Assembly: GCA_963743525.1 (NCBI GenBank)
Contig: CAVUQH010000003.1
Coordinates: 192,001 to 256,000 of the forward strand
Direction of reading: 5' to 3'
Length of the DNA: 64,000 bases
Source of the DNA: an uncultured delta proteobacterium
Lineage (GTDB): Bacteria; Myxococcota_A; Polyangia; Haliangiales; Haliangiaceae
The translations under genes and the position numbers were made by a program. This document shows positions 28,022-37,257 of the stretch, one piece after another. Positions within the stretch are counted from its first letter, which is position 1; each line of letters begins with the position of its first letter. A model generated the notes under the pieces. That model had not been told where the DNA came from, made no database searches, and saw only the letters and a list, made by a program, of their open reading frames with translations.

Positions 28022-28845
28022 GCGCGGGCCAGGGCGACGCGGACGATCGGGCGGCGGCCGTCGGCGGCGCGGCCGTCGGCGTCGACGGCGGGCAGCAGGT
28101 CGACGTCGGCGAAGCCGGCCTCGCCGGCGGTGCTGCGGACGTCGGCACCGTCGCGGAAGTGGAGGGTGACGTTGCTGCCGACCAGCACGCGGAGGAAGCT
28201 GTGCAGCAGGCGGGCACCGCGGGCGCTGCCGACGTCGGCGCGCGGGTTGACGTCGGTGAGGTAGATGCCGTGGCGGAAGCGGCGCAGGGTCGTCGCCAGG
28301 CGGCGCCACAGGTCGCGCAGGTCGGCGTCCGACAGGTACGGCAGCAGGCCCTCGGTGATCACGGCGACGCCGGCGTCGGCGGGCAGGTTGGACAGCGCGG
28401 CTTCGATCGACTGCGGGCCGCGCTCGGCGAGGGCGTCGACCTCGATGACCTGGTGATTGGCCGCGGGCACGACGGCGGTCTTCAACATGGCGCGCTTGCG
28501 CCTGGCCATGGCCGGCAGGTCGCTCTCGAGGTAGCGCACGGCGGGATAGGCGGTGGTGGTGCGGGTACCGCGCGCCGACAGACCGGCGGCCAGCTCGAGC
28601 ACGCAGGTCACGCGGCCGGCTTCGATCTCACCGCGCAGGGCGCTGTCGATCAGCCGGTGGCGCGCCAGCAGCATCTCGTCGAGGCCGCGGTGGCCGCGCA
28701 GGCGATACAGGGCATTGACCGGTGCCAGTGCGCGGATGGCGACGCGGCCGGGGGCGGTGGTCAGGCCGCGCGGCGACAGGCCGTTGGCGTGCCAGACGGC
28801 CGACGTCAGGTGTGCGGTAGGCGAGACGCGATCGTTGCCGCTCAT
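28018..28845 (-). CDS. Class I SAM-dependent methyltransferase (leucine carboxyl methyltransferase-like)
   Basis: ARHRLID, VLELAAGLSAR, ESDLP, ITEGLLPYL. Confidence 0.82.
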   Translation of the reverse strand: MSGNDRVSPTAHLTSAVWHANGLSPRGLTTAPGRVAIRALAPVNALYRLRGHRGLDEMLLARHRLIDSALRGEIEAGRVTCVLELAAGLSARGTRTTTAYPAVRYLESDLPAMARRKRAMLKTAVVPAANHQVIEVDALAERGPQSIEAALSNLPADAGVAVITEGLLPYLSDADLRDLWRRLATTLRRFRHGIYLTDVNPRADVGSARGARLLHSFLRVLVGSNVTLHFRDGADVRSTAGEAGFADVDLLPAVDADGRAADGRRPIVRVALARA

Positions 28846-31209
28846 TTCCTGGCTGATGGTGCCAGAGTCAGGAGCAGCGCGGGAGTAATCAGCAGGTCGG
28901 CGATCAGCGCCGACAGGATCGTTGCCCCGGACAAGAGGCCGAACAGGCTGACCGACTTGACCTCGGCGAACAGCAGCACGCTGAAGCCGGCGATCAGCAG
29001 CACCGACGAGGCGACCACGGCGCGGCCGGTGTGCAGCATCATGCGGCGGACGGCGCCGACGGGGTCGTCGGGGGTCTGGCCGACTTCGTGGCGGTAGCGG
29101 AACATGATGTGGGTGGTGTCGTTGACCGAGATGCCGATGGCGATGGCGGCGATCAGCACGGTGGCGACGTCGAGGCGGATGCCGGTGAGGCCCATGAAGC
29201 CGAGCGTGGCCGCGGCGGGCACCAGGTTGGGGATCATGGCCACCAACCCCAGCTTCACCGAGCGGAGGAGGATGATCATCACCAGCGTCACCAGCAGGAA
29301 GGCGAGGCCGAACGAGCGCACCTGGGTGTCGGTGATGTGCTGGATGATGCGCACGTACAGCGGCAGGTAGCCGGCCGGCTTCACGGTGCCGGCGTCGCCG
29401 ACGACCTGCTGTCCGACGCGCTGCAAGTCGCGCACGGTGGCGGCGATGCCGCGGGCCGTCGGCAGGCCGGTGCGGGTGCTGACGTGGGTGACGCGCCAGT
29501 CGGGTGTGGCCAGGTCTTCCAGGTGGTCGCGGCCGTCGGCCTCGAAGCCGTAGTTGAGCAGCTCTTCGGCGATGACCCCTTCCTTGTCGGGCACGGCGTA
29601 CGACTCGGGGCTCTCTTCGTTCCAGATCTGGTTGATCCGCTTGACCACCTCGGGCAGGCCGGTGGCGCGGGCGATCTCGGGCAGCTGTTCGAAGCGGCGC
29701 TCCATGGCGTCGATGCGGCCGAGCAGCACCGGGTCCTTGACGCCGGCGTAGTGCGGGTCGTCGGCGACCTTGGGCGGCGGCGCGGTGACGGTCACCTCGA
29801 GCGGGATGTACGGGCCGAACGCCTCTTCGATGGCGTGGTGGTCGCGGCGGACCGGGTTGTCCTTGGGCAGGAAGCCGATGGTGTAGGTGTCAACGTCGAG
29901 GCGGGTCATGCCCCAGACGCTGACCGCCATCAGCGCGGCGGTGACGCCGTAGACCAGCGGGCGCCGGTCGCGGGCGACGCGAAACAGGCTCATCACCACG
30001 TGGCGCATCCACCCGGTGGCCTCGTCGCTGGTGTGCTTGGCCGGGCGGCCGAAGCGGGCCAGCGCCGGAATGGCGAAGATCAGCACGCAGCAGAGCAGGA
30101 AGCCGAGGCCGGCGGCGGCCAGCCAGCCCAGGTCGCGCACCGCCGACATCTTGGCGCTGGTCAGCGACACGAAGCCGAAGATGTCGGTGATGCTGTTGAA
30201 GATGCACGGCACCACCACCACCGACAGGCTGGTGATCAGCAGTCGGCGCTTGGGCGCGCCCGGATCGCGGGCGGCCCCGTCCTCGTAGGCGTCGATGATG
30301 TGGATCAGGTCGAGAATGCCGATGGTCATGATCAGCGTCGGCAGCACCGCGGTGACCATGTTCATGTCGCGTCCGGCCAGCCCGGCCAGGCCCAGCGTCG
30401 CCGCGTTGGCCAGGGTGACGACGCCGGCGCCGAGCAGCACCCAGGTCCAGCGGCGGAACAGCAGCCAGATGCCGGCGAAGATGACCAGGTACGACAGGGT
30501 CATGAAGATCGACGTGTCGCGCAGCGTCGCCTCGTTGAGCCCTTCGTAGACCACGCCGATGCCGCCGAAGTGCACGCCCAGGTCCGAGCCCGGGCCCTGC
30601 AGCTCTTGCCGGGCGATCTTCTCGACGTCCTTGATGATGCCGGCGCGCTCGCGCTCGAAGGCGGGCGACGCCTTGGGATCGACCAGGATCAGCGTGACCT
30701 TGTCGTTGTCGGCGGCGATGGTGCCCTTGAAGGTCGGGTTGGCGGCGACCCGCTCGGCGACCTTCTTGGCCTCTTCTGGCGTGACCTTGCCGTCACCGAG
30801 CAGCTTCTCCACCTGGACGAAGCCGTCCTCGCCCGAGACGTGAAGACCCAGGGCGATGCTGGTCACTCGGCGAATCTTGTCGTGATCCTCGAGCCGCTTG
30901 GACGCGGCGCGGATCCGTTCCAGTGTCGCCGGCCGGTAGACGCCCTGGGGATCGGTGACGGCGACGATGATCGTCTCGTCGCTGCCGAACGAATCCTTGT
31001 AGTGGTCGTAGGCGGTCAGCGCCGGGTCACCCTCGACGAACCAGACGCGCAGCGAGTTGTTGAACGTGCAGGTTGCGCGCGCCCAGGCCGACGCCGACGG
31101 CGATGACCACCGCCAGGGCCATGAACAGCAGCGCCCGGCGGTGAAGGGTTGCCACCAGGCGGGCGCCGAAGCCGCGCTCGGCGCCGGCTGCCGGCTCGAG
31201 ATCGCTCAT
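28842..31209 (-). CDS. MMPL/RND family transporter, frameshift at ~31068
   Basis: Two TM repeats (TIGILDLIH; GISVNDTTH; TGRAVVASS). Removing one base gives NLTFNNSLRVWFVEGDP...FGSDETIIV, continuous with the 28842..30866 frame. Confidence 0.85.
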
Positions 31210-32345
31210 GCCTCACCTCCGCGCACCGACTCGACGTGGAAGCTGCCGTAGACGAACGCCAGGTCGCGGCCGTGGAGCTCGCGCGAGCGCTCGGGGTGGA
31301 CCTCGATCAGCTCGGCCAGAGAATCGGGCCGGCTGCGCGGCACCAGAAGGTTCCAGTAGACGAAGCGCCCGCCGGGGCGAGTGACCGCGGCGATGGCTCG
31401 CAGCATCTCTTCGTGGTGCTCGGCGCTGACCCACTCGAACAGGTCCGACAGGTACAGCTTGGACAGCGCGCCCGGCTCGAGGGTGTGCAGGAAGCCCTCG
31501 AGATCGCCCTGGGCGATGCGGATCCGCTCGGTGCTGGCGCGCAGCGCCTGGAAGCTCGACTCGCGCAGGTAGATCGGCCCGCGCTCGAGGTCGGGGTAGC
31601 GACCGAGCATGGCGTACTGCAGGAAATGGTTGTCGCGCGGGTCGGTCTCGAGCAGCGCCCAGCGCGCCCGGCCGAGGAACTCGGCGCCGATGTTCTTCTT
31701 GTCAACGTACTGGAAGAAGGCCGGGTCGCGGCCCAGCCGCGCCATCACCGCGCGGCCGAAGAAGACAGTGAACAGCGATCGCCAGCGGCGGTTCTCCCAG
31801 TTCTCCTGGTAGTAGCGGGCGCGCTCGTCCGGATCCTCGATCGACATCATCTCCTCGATCGTGGCGCGGCCGTGGATCAACGGCAGGATGGCGGTGCGGA
31901 AGGTGCGCAGGTAGCGCTGGAAGCGGCCGGCGTGGATCACGCCGCGGGCGAGCATGCGCGGATGGGCGTCGAAGTAGTCGCGGATCTCGTCGCGCAGCTC
32001 CGGGCGCACCCGATTGCGGTACAGGGCCAGGCGCTTGGACGACGGTCGAGCGCCGAGGAAGGCCACGTACTCGCCCCACGACAGGTTGCGCAGCGCCGCC
32101 AGCTTGAGCTCGAGCAGCGCATTTTGCGCCGCCGAGAAGTCGAGGGCGACGATCGACCTCGGCTGCTGCAGCGACAGCGCCATGACGTTGCAGCCGGCGC
32201 TGGTCAGGCACAGCAGATCGTCGTCGGCACCCAGCTCGAGCCCGTCGGCGGCGACCACCGGATCCTCCCAGCACTGGCTGTAGACGATCTTCTGGAACAC
32301 CGGACGGTCCTTGACCGTCAACCGAAGTGGCGCGCGAGCTCTCAT
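31206..32345 (-). CDS. DUF3419/BtaA-like SAM-dependent 3-amino-3-carboxypropyl transferase
   Basis: IVYSQCWEDP, LCLTSAGCN, AQNALLELKLAA, LSDLFEW, PGGRFVYWN; ATG 32345 overlaps the upstream stop. Confidence 0.82.
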   Translation of the reverse strand: MRARAPLRLTVKDRPVFQKIVYSQCWEDPVVAADGLELGADDDLLCLTSAGCNVMALSLQQPRSIVALDFSAAQNALLELKLAALRNLSWGEYVAFLGARPSSKRLALYRNRVRPELRDEIRDYFDAHPRMLARGVIHAGRFQRYLRTFRTAILPLIHGRATIEEMMSIEDPDERARYYQENWENRRWRSLFTVFFGRAVMARLGRDPAFFQYVDKKNIGAEFLGRARWALLETDPRDNHFLQYAMLGRYPDLERGPIYLRESSFQALRASTERIRIAQGDLEGFLHTLEPGALSKLYLSDLFEWVSAEHHEEMLRAIAAVTRPGGRFVYWNLLVPRSRPDSLAELIEVHPERSRELHGRDLAFVYGSFHVESVRGGEA

Positions 32346-34004
32346 GCGTACTGTCTCCGAATCGCGGGGTAGTCGAGCTTGGCGCGATGGCGCGGATCGA
32401 CCGGCAGCGCGCGCGCCAGCTCGACCCGGTCGACCAGCACGCCGGCGCGCTCGAGCGCGGCGCGGACCGCCTGCTTGCGGCTGGTCGGCGTCGACAGCGC
32501 GCGCAGCGCGATGGCGCCGGGGCTGCGCAGCGGCACCGGTTGCACCACCAGCACCACCTCGCCGGTGTTGGACTGGATCAGCGCGGCGCGGTCGACGAAC
32601 GGCAGCACCTGGGCGGCGGCCTCGACTGCGGCCGGGTGGTAGGTGCGCTCGCCGTCGGTGACGATGTCGCCGGTGCGGCCGACGATCCACAGGCGGCCGT
32701 GGATGTCGCGGTAGGCGGCGTCGCCGGTACGGTGCCAGATGCGTCCCTGCTCGTCGGCGATCTTGGTCGCCCGCTCGGCCTCCTCGTTGCGGTAGTAGCG
32801 CTTGTTGACGTGGTCGCCGGTCACCGTGACCTCGCCGACCTCGCCGTCGTCAACCTCGAGTGCGGCGATGCCGCCCGGGCCTACTGCCAGCGGGCCGTCC
32901 GTCGGGCGCAAGAGCTTCAGCTCGATGTGCGGGTCCGGGGTGCCGACGCACAACCCGGCCCCGGCGCGGGTCGACTCGGCGGTGTGCGCGCGCACCGCGG
33001 CCGCTTCGATGGTGGCGATCGGCTCGGCTTCGGTGGAGCCGTAGACCACCAGCAGCTCGCCGTTGGGCAGCACGCCTTCGACCGCTTCGCACAGCGAGAC
33101 CGGCACCGGCGCGCCACCGGTGACCACGCGGCGAACGCCCGCCAGCGGCCGGCGCCGCCGTCGGGCGGCATCGATGATCGGCGCCAGGAACGCCGGCGAT
33201 CCGGACACCACGTTGACCCCGAGCTCGTCGATGGCCGCGGCCAGCGCTGCGCCGTTGACGTCGTTCACGCCACCGCGGCCCATGCGCGGGATCACCGCCG
33301 TCATCCCGCCGCACAGCGCCGACAGCAGGACGATGGCGAACGCGCTCATGTGCACGTCTTCATCCCCGTCGGTGCGCGCGACCAGCCGTTCGATGGCGCC
33401 GTGCTGCGCGGCGAGGAAGGCGTTCGATCGGGTGGCGCCTTTGGGCGTGCCGGAGGAGCCGCTGGAAAAGGTCAGCAGCGCCGGGTCGTCGGGACCGCCC
33501 GCCGGCGCCGGCAGCGGCGAGCCGGCGCCCTCTCTTTCCAGATCGGCCAGGGCCACGGCGCCGGCGGCGCGCGCCAGCAGCGGCGGACCGACGAGGACGA
33601 CGACCGGAACCCGCGCGACCTGGCGATCGATCAGCCGCAGCACGTGGGCCCTGGCGATGCCGACGAACGCCCTGGGTCGGGCGACCCGGACCACGCGAGC
33701 GATCTCGCGCGGCGTTGAACGCCGGCTCGACGAACACGGCAACCGCGCCCAGTGAGGCCACGGCCAGGAGCACCACGTACAACTCGGGCGACATCGGCAC
33801 CAGCACGACCACGCGGTCGCCGGGAGCAACGCCGCGGTCGCGCAATCCCGCAGCAGTGGCGGCGACGCGCGCCGCCAGCGCACCGTACGACAGGCGCCCG
33901 TAGCCGCGCGCCCGGGGATACGCCAGCGCGGTGTGCTCGGGCCTTGTGCCGGCGTGGCGCAGCACCAGGTGGGCCGCGCTGGCCGGATCAGAGGCGACGC
34001 TCAT
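32342..34004 (-). CDS. ANL-superfamily AMP-forming ligase, frameshift at ~33717
   Basis: FSSGSSGTPKG, YGSTEAEPI, HRTGD, PVDPRHRAK (OleC-like tail). N-terminus is in the 33360..34004 frame and joins on removing one base (EPAFTPREI). Confidence 0.85.
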
Positions 34005-35025
34005 ACAGGCGGTACTCCTTGATCGTCGTCTCGGGGCTGAGCCAGCCCATCTTCGCCGGGTCGCCGTCGGTGTGCATCAGCGCGCCGACCAGGTCGCGCA
34101 CGCCGGCAGCGCGACGTCCGCTCATCCATCCGTGCATCAGCAGCGGGTAGACGCGCGCCTTGCGGTGCGCCGGGGCCACTGCCACGGTTTTGCAGATCGA
34201 CGCCTTGCGTCCGGCCAGCGGCATGTCGAAGGCGTAGAGGAAGCCGGCCGGCTCGCCGTCGGGCGCCACCGCCAGGAAGCTGCCGCTGCCCAGCGCGCGC
34301 ACCGTCTCCGGTCCGTACAGCGCTGCCAGCTCGTCGAGCTGGATCGGCGAGTACATCCACGCGTCGGAGAACGCCGCGCGCGACAGCGCGTGAACCGCCT
34401 CCATGTCGTGCGGGCCGATGCTGTGCAGGGTGTAGCCGGCATCGCGACAGCTCTGCGCGCGTGCGGCGAAGCCGTCGATCAATGCGTTGACGTTGCCCAA
34501 CCAGTTGGTCGAATAATTCGAAACCGCTGCGAAATCGTCCTGCAACCACAGTTGTGGATAGTGGGACGGATGAAACGGCTCGCCCGGGATCCATTCGTTC
34601 GTCTCGGTCTTGGTGACGAAGCGGTAGTCGTGCCAGGTGGAGAAGTCGATCGGTCCGCGGGCGACGGTGCAACCTCTCGCCTGCAGCCAGCTCATCCCGC
34701 GGTCGAACAACCAGCGCGCGGTGTCGGGCGATCGATCGCAGGCAAAGAATCCGAGCAGCCCGATCGGGGTGCCGTCGTCGTCGGTGAGGCGCGGGTTGAT
34801 CATCGCGGCGATGCGGCCGCGGGCCTCGGGGCCGTCGACGATCACGAGCTCGAGCTCGCATCGGCGTCGAGTCGGGTTGTGATCACCGAGACGCGCGAGA
34901 GTGCGCAGGGCGGTGGGCGCCGCCGGGTGGCGCGCGAGCGAACCCGCGAGCTCCTCGCCGACGGACGCGAAGTGATCCAGGATCGCGCGTCCGTTTCCTG
35001 TGCGCAGGTGATCGCGAATGGCCAT
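33988..35025 (-). CDS. GNAT-fold hypothetical protein
   Basis: GRIAAMINP, LLGFFAC, ARGPIDFSTW..YRF, KTVAVAPAHR. Confidence 0.68.
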   Translation of the reverse strand: MAIRDHLRTGNGRAILDHFASVGEELAGSLARHPAAPTALRTLARLGDHNPTRRRCELELVIVDGPEARGRIAAMINPRLTDDDGTPIGLLGFFACDRSPDTARWLFDRGMSWLQARGCTVARGPIDFSTWHDYRFVTKTETNEWIPGEPFHPSHYPQLWLQDDFAAVSNYSTNWLGNVNALIDGFAARAQSCRDAGYTLHSIGPHDMEAVHALSRAAFSDAWMYSPIQLDELAALYGPETVRALGSGSFLAVAPDGEPAGFLYAFDMPLAGRKASICKTVAVAPAHRKARVYPLLMHGWMSGRRAAGVRDLVGALMHTDGDPAKMGWLSPETTIKEYRLYERRL

Positions 35026-35040
35026 CGGAGCATTGTGCAG

Positions 35041-35057
35041 TGCAAGCGCAGTGCCCG
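35041..35057 (-). promoter_or_regulatory. Putative sigma54 promoter for the leftward operon
   Basis: Minus strand CGGGCACTGCGCTTGCA (GG-N10-GC) ahead of the ATG at 35025. Confidence 0.6.
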
Positions 35058-35064
35058 GTGGCCA

Positions 35065-35081
35065 TTGGCTCGGAGCTTGCT
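35065..35081 (+). promoter_or_regulatory. Putative sigma54 promoter for the rightward operon
   Basis: TTGGCTCGGAGCTTGCT (GG-N10-GC) ahead of the ATG at 35095. Confidence 0.6.
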
Positions 35082-35094
35082 CTTACCCCTGCAC

Positions 35095-36252
35095 ATGGTC
35101 ACCTCCGACCCCACTTCCATCCGGCGAAGGGAGCTCGCGGACGTATCCGCTGGATGCACCCTTACGGATGCTACGCACGGACGCGTAAGTGGGCGAAATC
35201 GGACCGGCAAGTCGAGATTCCAGGTGGCGACTACTGTTGTTGACGCACCGCGCCATATTGGCGCGATTCGAAGCGCCGTCATCGTCGTTCACGACAAGGC
35301 GCCGCTGGCGAACGCGGGTCGGTGGAAACCTTTGTTCCAGCAGGTCCTCGGGACGGGTGTCACTCTCACCGAAGTTCACGTGCGCCACTTCGAAGGCGCG
35401 ACCGCCGCCGCGCGCGGCGCCGTCGCGTGGGGCGCCGATCTGGTGATCGCGGTCGGCGGCGACGGCACTGCCAACGCCTGCGTCAACGGCATCGGCGATG
35501 CGCCGACCCGCTTCGCCGTGGTTCCCGCCGGCACCGCCAACGACCTGGCCCGGCTGGCCTGCCAGGCGGTCAACCCGGCGCACTCGGATCCCAACGACTG
35601 GCACCGCCGCGACATCGACACCATCCGCGTCAATCGCGGCCCGCGCTTCTACTCGGCCGGCGGCATCGGCTGGGTCGCCGACGTCGCCGACACCGCCAAC
35701 CGCTGGCGCTCCGGATCGGCGATCAAACGCCGGCTGTTCAAGTTGATCGGGCCGGTCATCTACACGCTGGCGTGCATCGCGGTGATCTTCTTTTCCCGCC
35801 GGTTGGGTGCTCGCTTCCGCGTACACTATGTGGATGCCGCCGACGGTCGCGAGAAGTCGCTGACCTTCGACGGCTACGGCATGCTGGTGGCCAACTGCAA
35901 GCAGGTGGGCAAGGCGTTCCATCTGGCGCCGGTCTCGGAGATCGACGACGGCGTGTTCGAGCTGATCGTCTTCCCGCGGACGTCGCGCTGGCGCCTCTTG
36001 CGCGCGGCGCTGATGGCGCAGTCGTCGCGGCTGTTCGATCTGCCGGAGGTGTTCTGGCTGCAGGTCAAGAGCGCGCGGATCGAGCTCGATCGACTGCAGC
36101 AGTTCTTCGGCGACGGCGAGATCCTGACCACCGGTGACCGGTTCGACATCGAGCTGGCCGACACGCCGATGCACCTGATGGGGCCGCTGGTCGAGCGCGA
36201 CGAGGTTTCGGGGATGGGGCAACCGGTCACACAGATCGCCGAGGTTGCATGA
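35095..36252 (+). CDS. Diacylglycerol/lipid kinase family protein (start uncertain: 35095 or 35224)
   Basis: AVGGDGT, PAGTANDLAR, IDDGVFE, FFGDGE. Confidence 0.85.
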   Translation: MVTSDPTSIRRRELADVSAGCTLTDATHGRVSGRNRTGKSRFQVATTVVDAPRHIGAIRSAVIVVHDKAPLANAGRWKPLFQQVLGTGVTLTEVHVRHFEGATAAARGAVAWGADLVIAVGGDGTANACVNGIGDAPTRFAVVPAGTANDLARLACQAVNPAHSDPNDWHRRDIDTIRVNRGPRFYSAGGIGWVADVADTANRWRSGSAIKRRLFKLIGPVIYTLACIAVIFFSRRLGARFRVHYVDAADGREKSLTFDGYGMLVANCKQVGKAFHLAPVSEIDDGVFELIVFPRTSRWRLLRAALMAQSSRLFDLPEVFWLQVKSARIELDRLQQFFGDGEILTTGDRFDIELADTPMHLMGPLVERDEVSGMGQPVTQIAEVA

Positions 36253-37257
36253 GCACCAGCCACACCGAGTCGTTGGCAACCCGTCCCACGGCGCCCGAGC
36301 CCAGGCTGCTCGCGGCCTTGCGCGCCTATCTGGCCGAGCGCTTCCCCGTGCCGGTCACGCTGATGCTCAGCGCGGCCACGGCGCTCGGTGCGTACGCGGC
36401 GGCGCAGAGTGACACCATCGGCGCCGGCGCGCCGCTGATCATCGACGGCGGCGGGCTGTCCGGCGTGCTGATGATCCTGTTGTTCCTGCTCCACCTGCGC
36501 GTCTTCGACGAGCACAAAGATTTCCAGCTCGACGCCGAGACCCGACCCGACCGGCCGGTGCAGCGCGGACTGGTCAGCTCTCGGACAGCTGCGCGTGCTC
36601 GGCGCCTTCGCCATCGCCGGCGAGGTCGCCCTGGCGCTGACCGCCGGCGTCGGTCCGGCGCTGGTCTTCGCCGTGGCGCTGATCTACTCGGTGCTGATGT
36701 TCTTCGAGTTCTTCGCCCGCGACTGGTTGGGCGAGCGGCTGGTCGCCTACGCGCTGACCCACACGGTGGTGATGTCGCTGCTGGCTCTGGCGGTCGCGGT
36801 CCGCTTCACCATGCCGCTGGAGCTGGGCATCTCGCCGGCGCTGTGGGGCTTCCTCGCCCTCAACCTGACCTCGTACTGGGCGGTCAACGTCCTGCGCAAG
36901 ACCTGGGCGCCGTCGTCCGAGGTCAACGGCCTCGACAGCTACTCCAAGCGCTACGGCGTGGACCGCGCCGGTCTGCTCGGCGGCGCGCTGCTGATCGCAT
37001 CGGCGGCCATCGGTGGCTGGGTCGGCTGGCTGCTCGGCGGTCGCTTCATCTGGCTGGCGGTCGTCACCGCGGTGACGCTGTGGGGCCTGTACGAGATCCG
37101 CTGCTTTGCGCGCGCCGCCAGCAAGCGGGGCGAAAAGCGCCTCGAGCTGGTCGCCGGCGTTCACCTGATGGTGTTGTTCTTCGGCATCGTCGCCTGCGCA
37201 GCCAGCGACGGTCTGGCCGTCGGCATCGGCCAGCACGGGTTCACCCTGGGCGTGTGA
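36249..37257 (+). CDS. UbiA-like intramembrane prenyltransferase, frameshift at ~36579
   Basis: ERFP, LRVFDEHKDFQLD..RPDRPVQRGLVS. Removing one T gives LVSLGQLRVLG, continuous with the multi-TM 36595..37257 frame. Confidence 0.75.
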
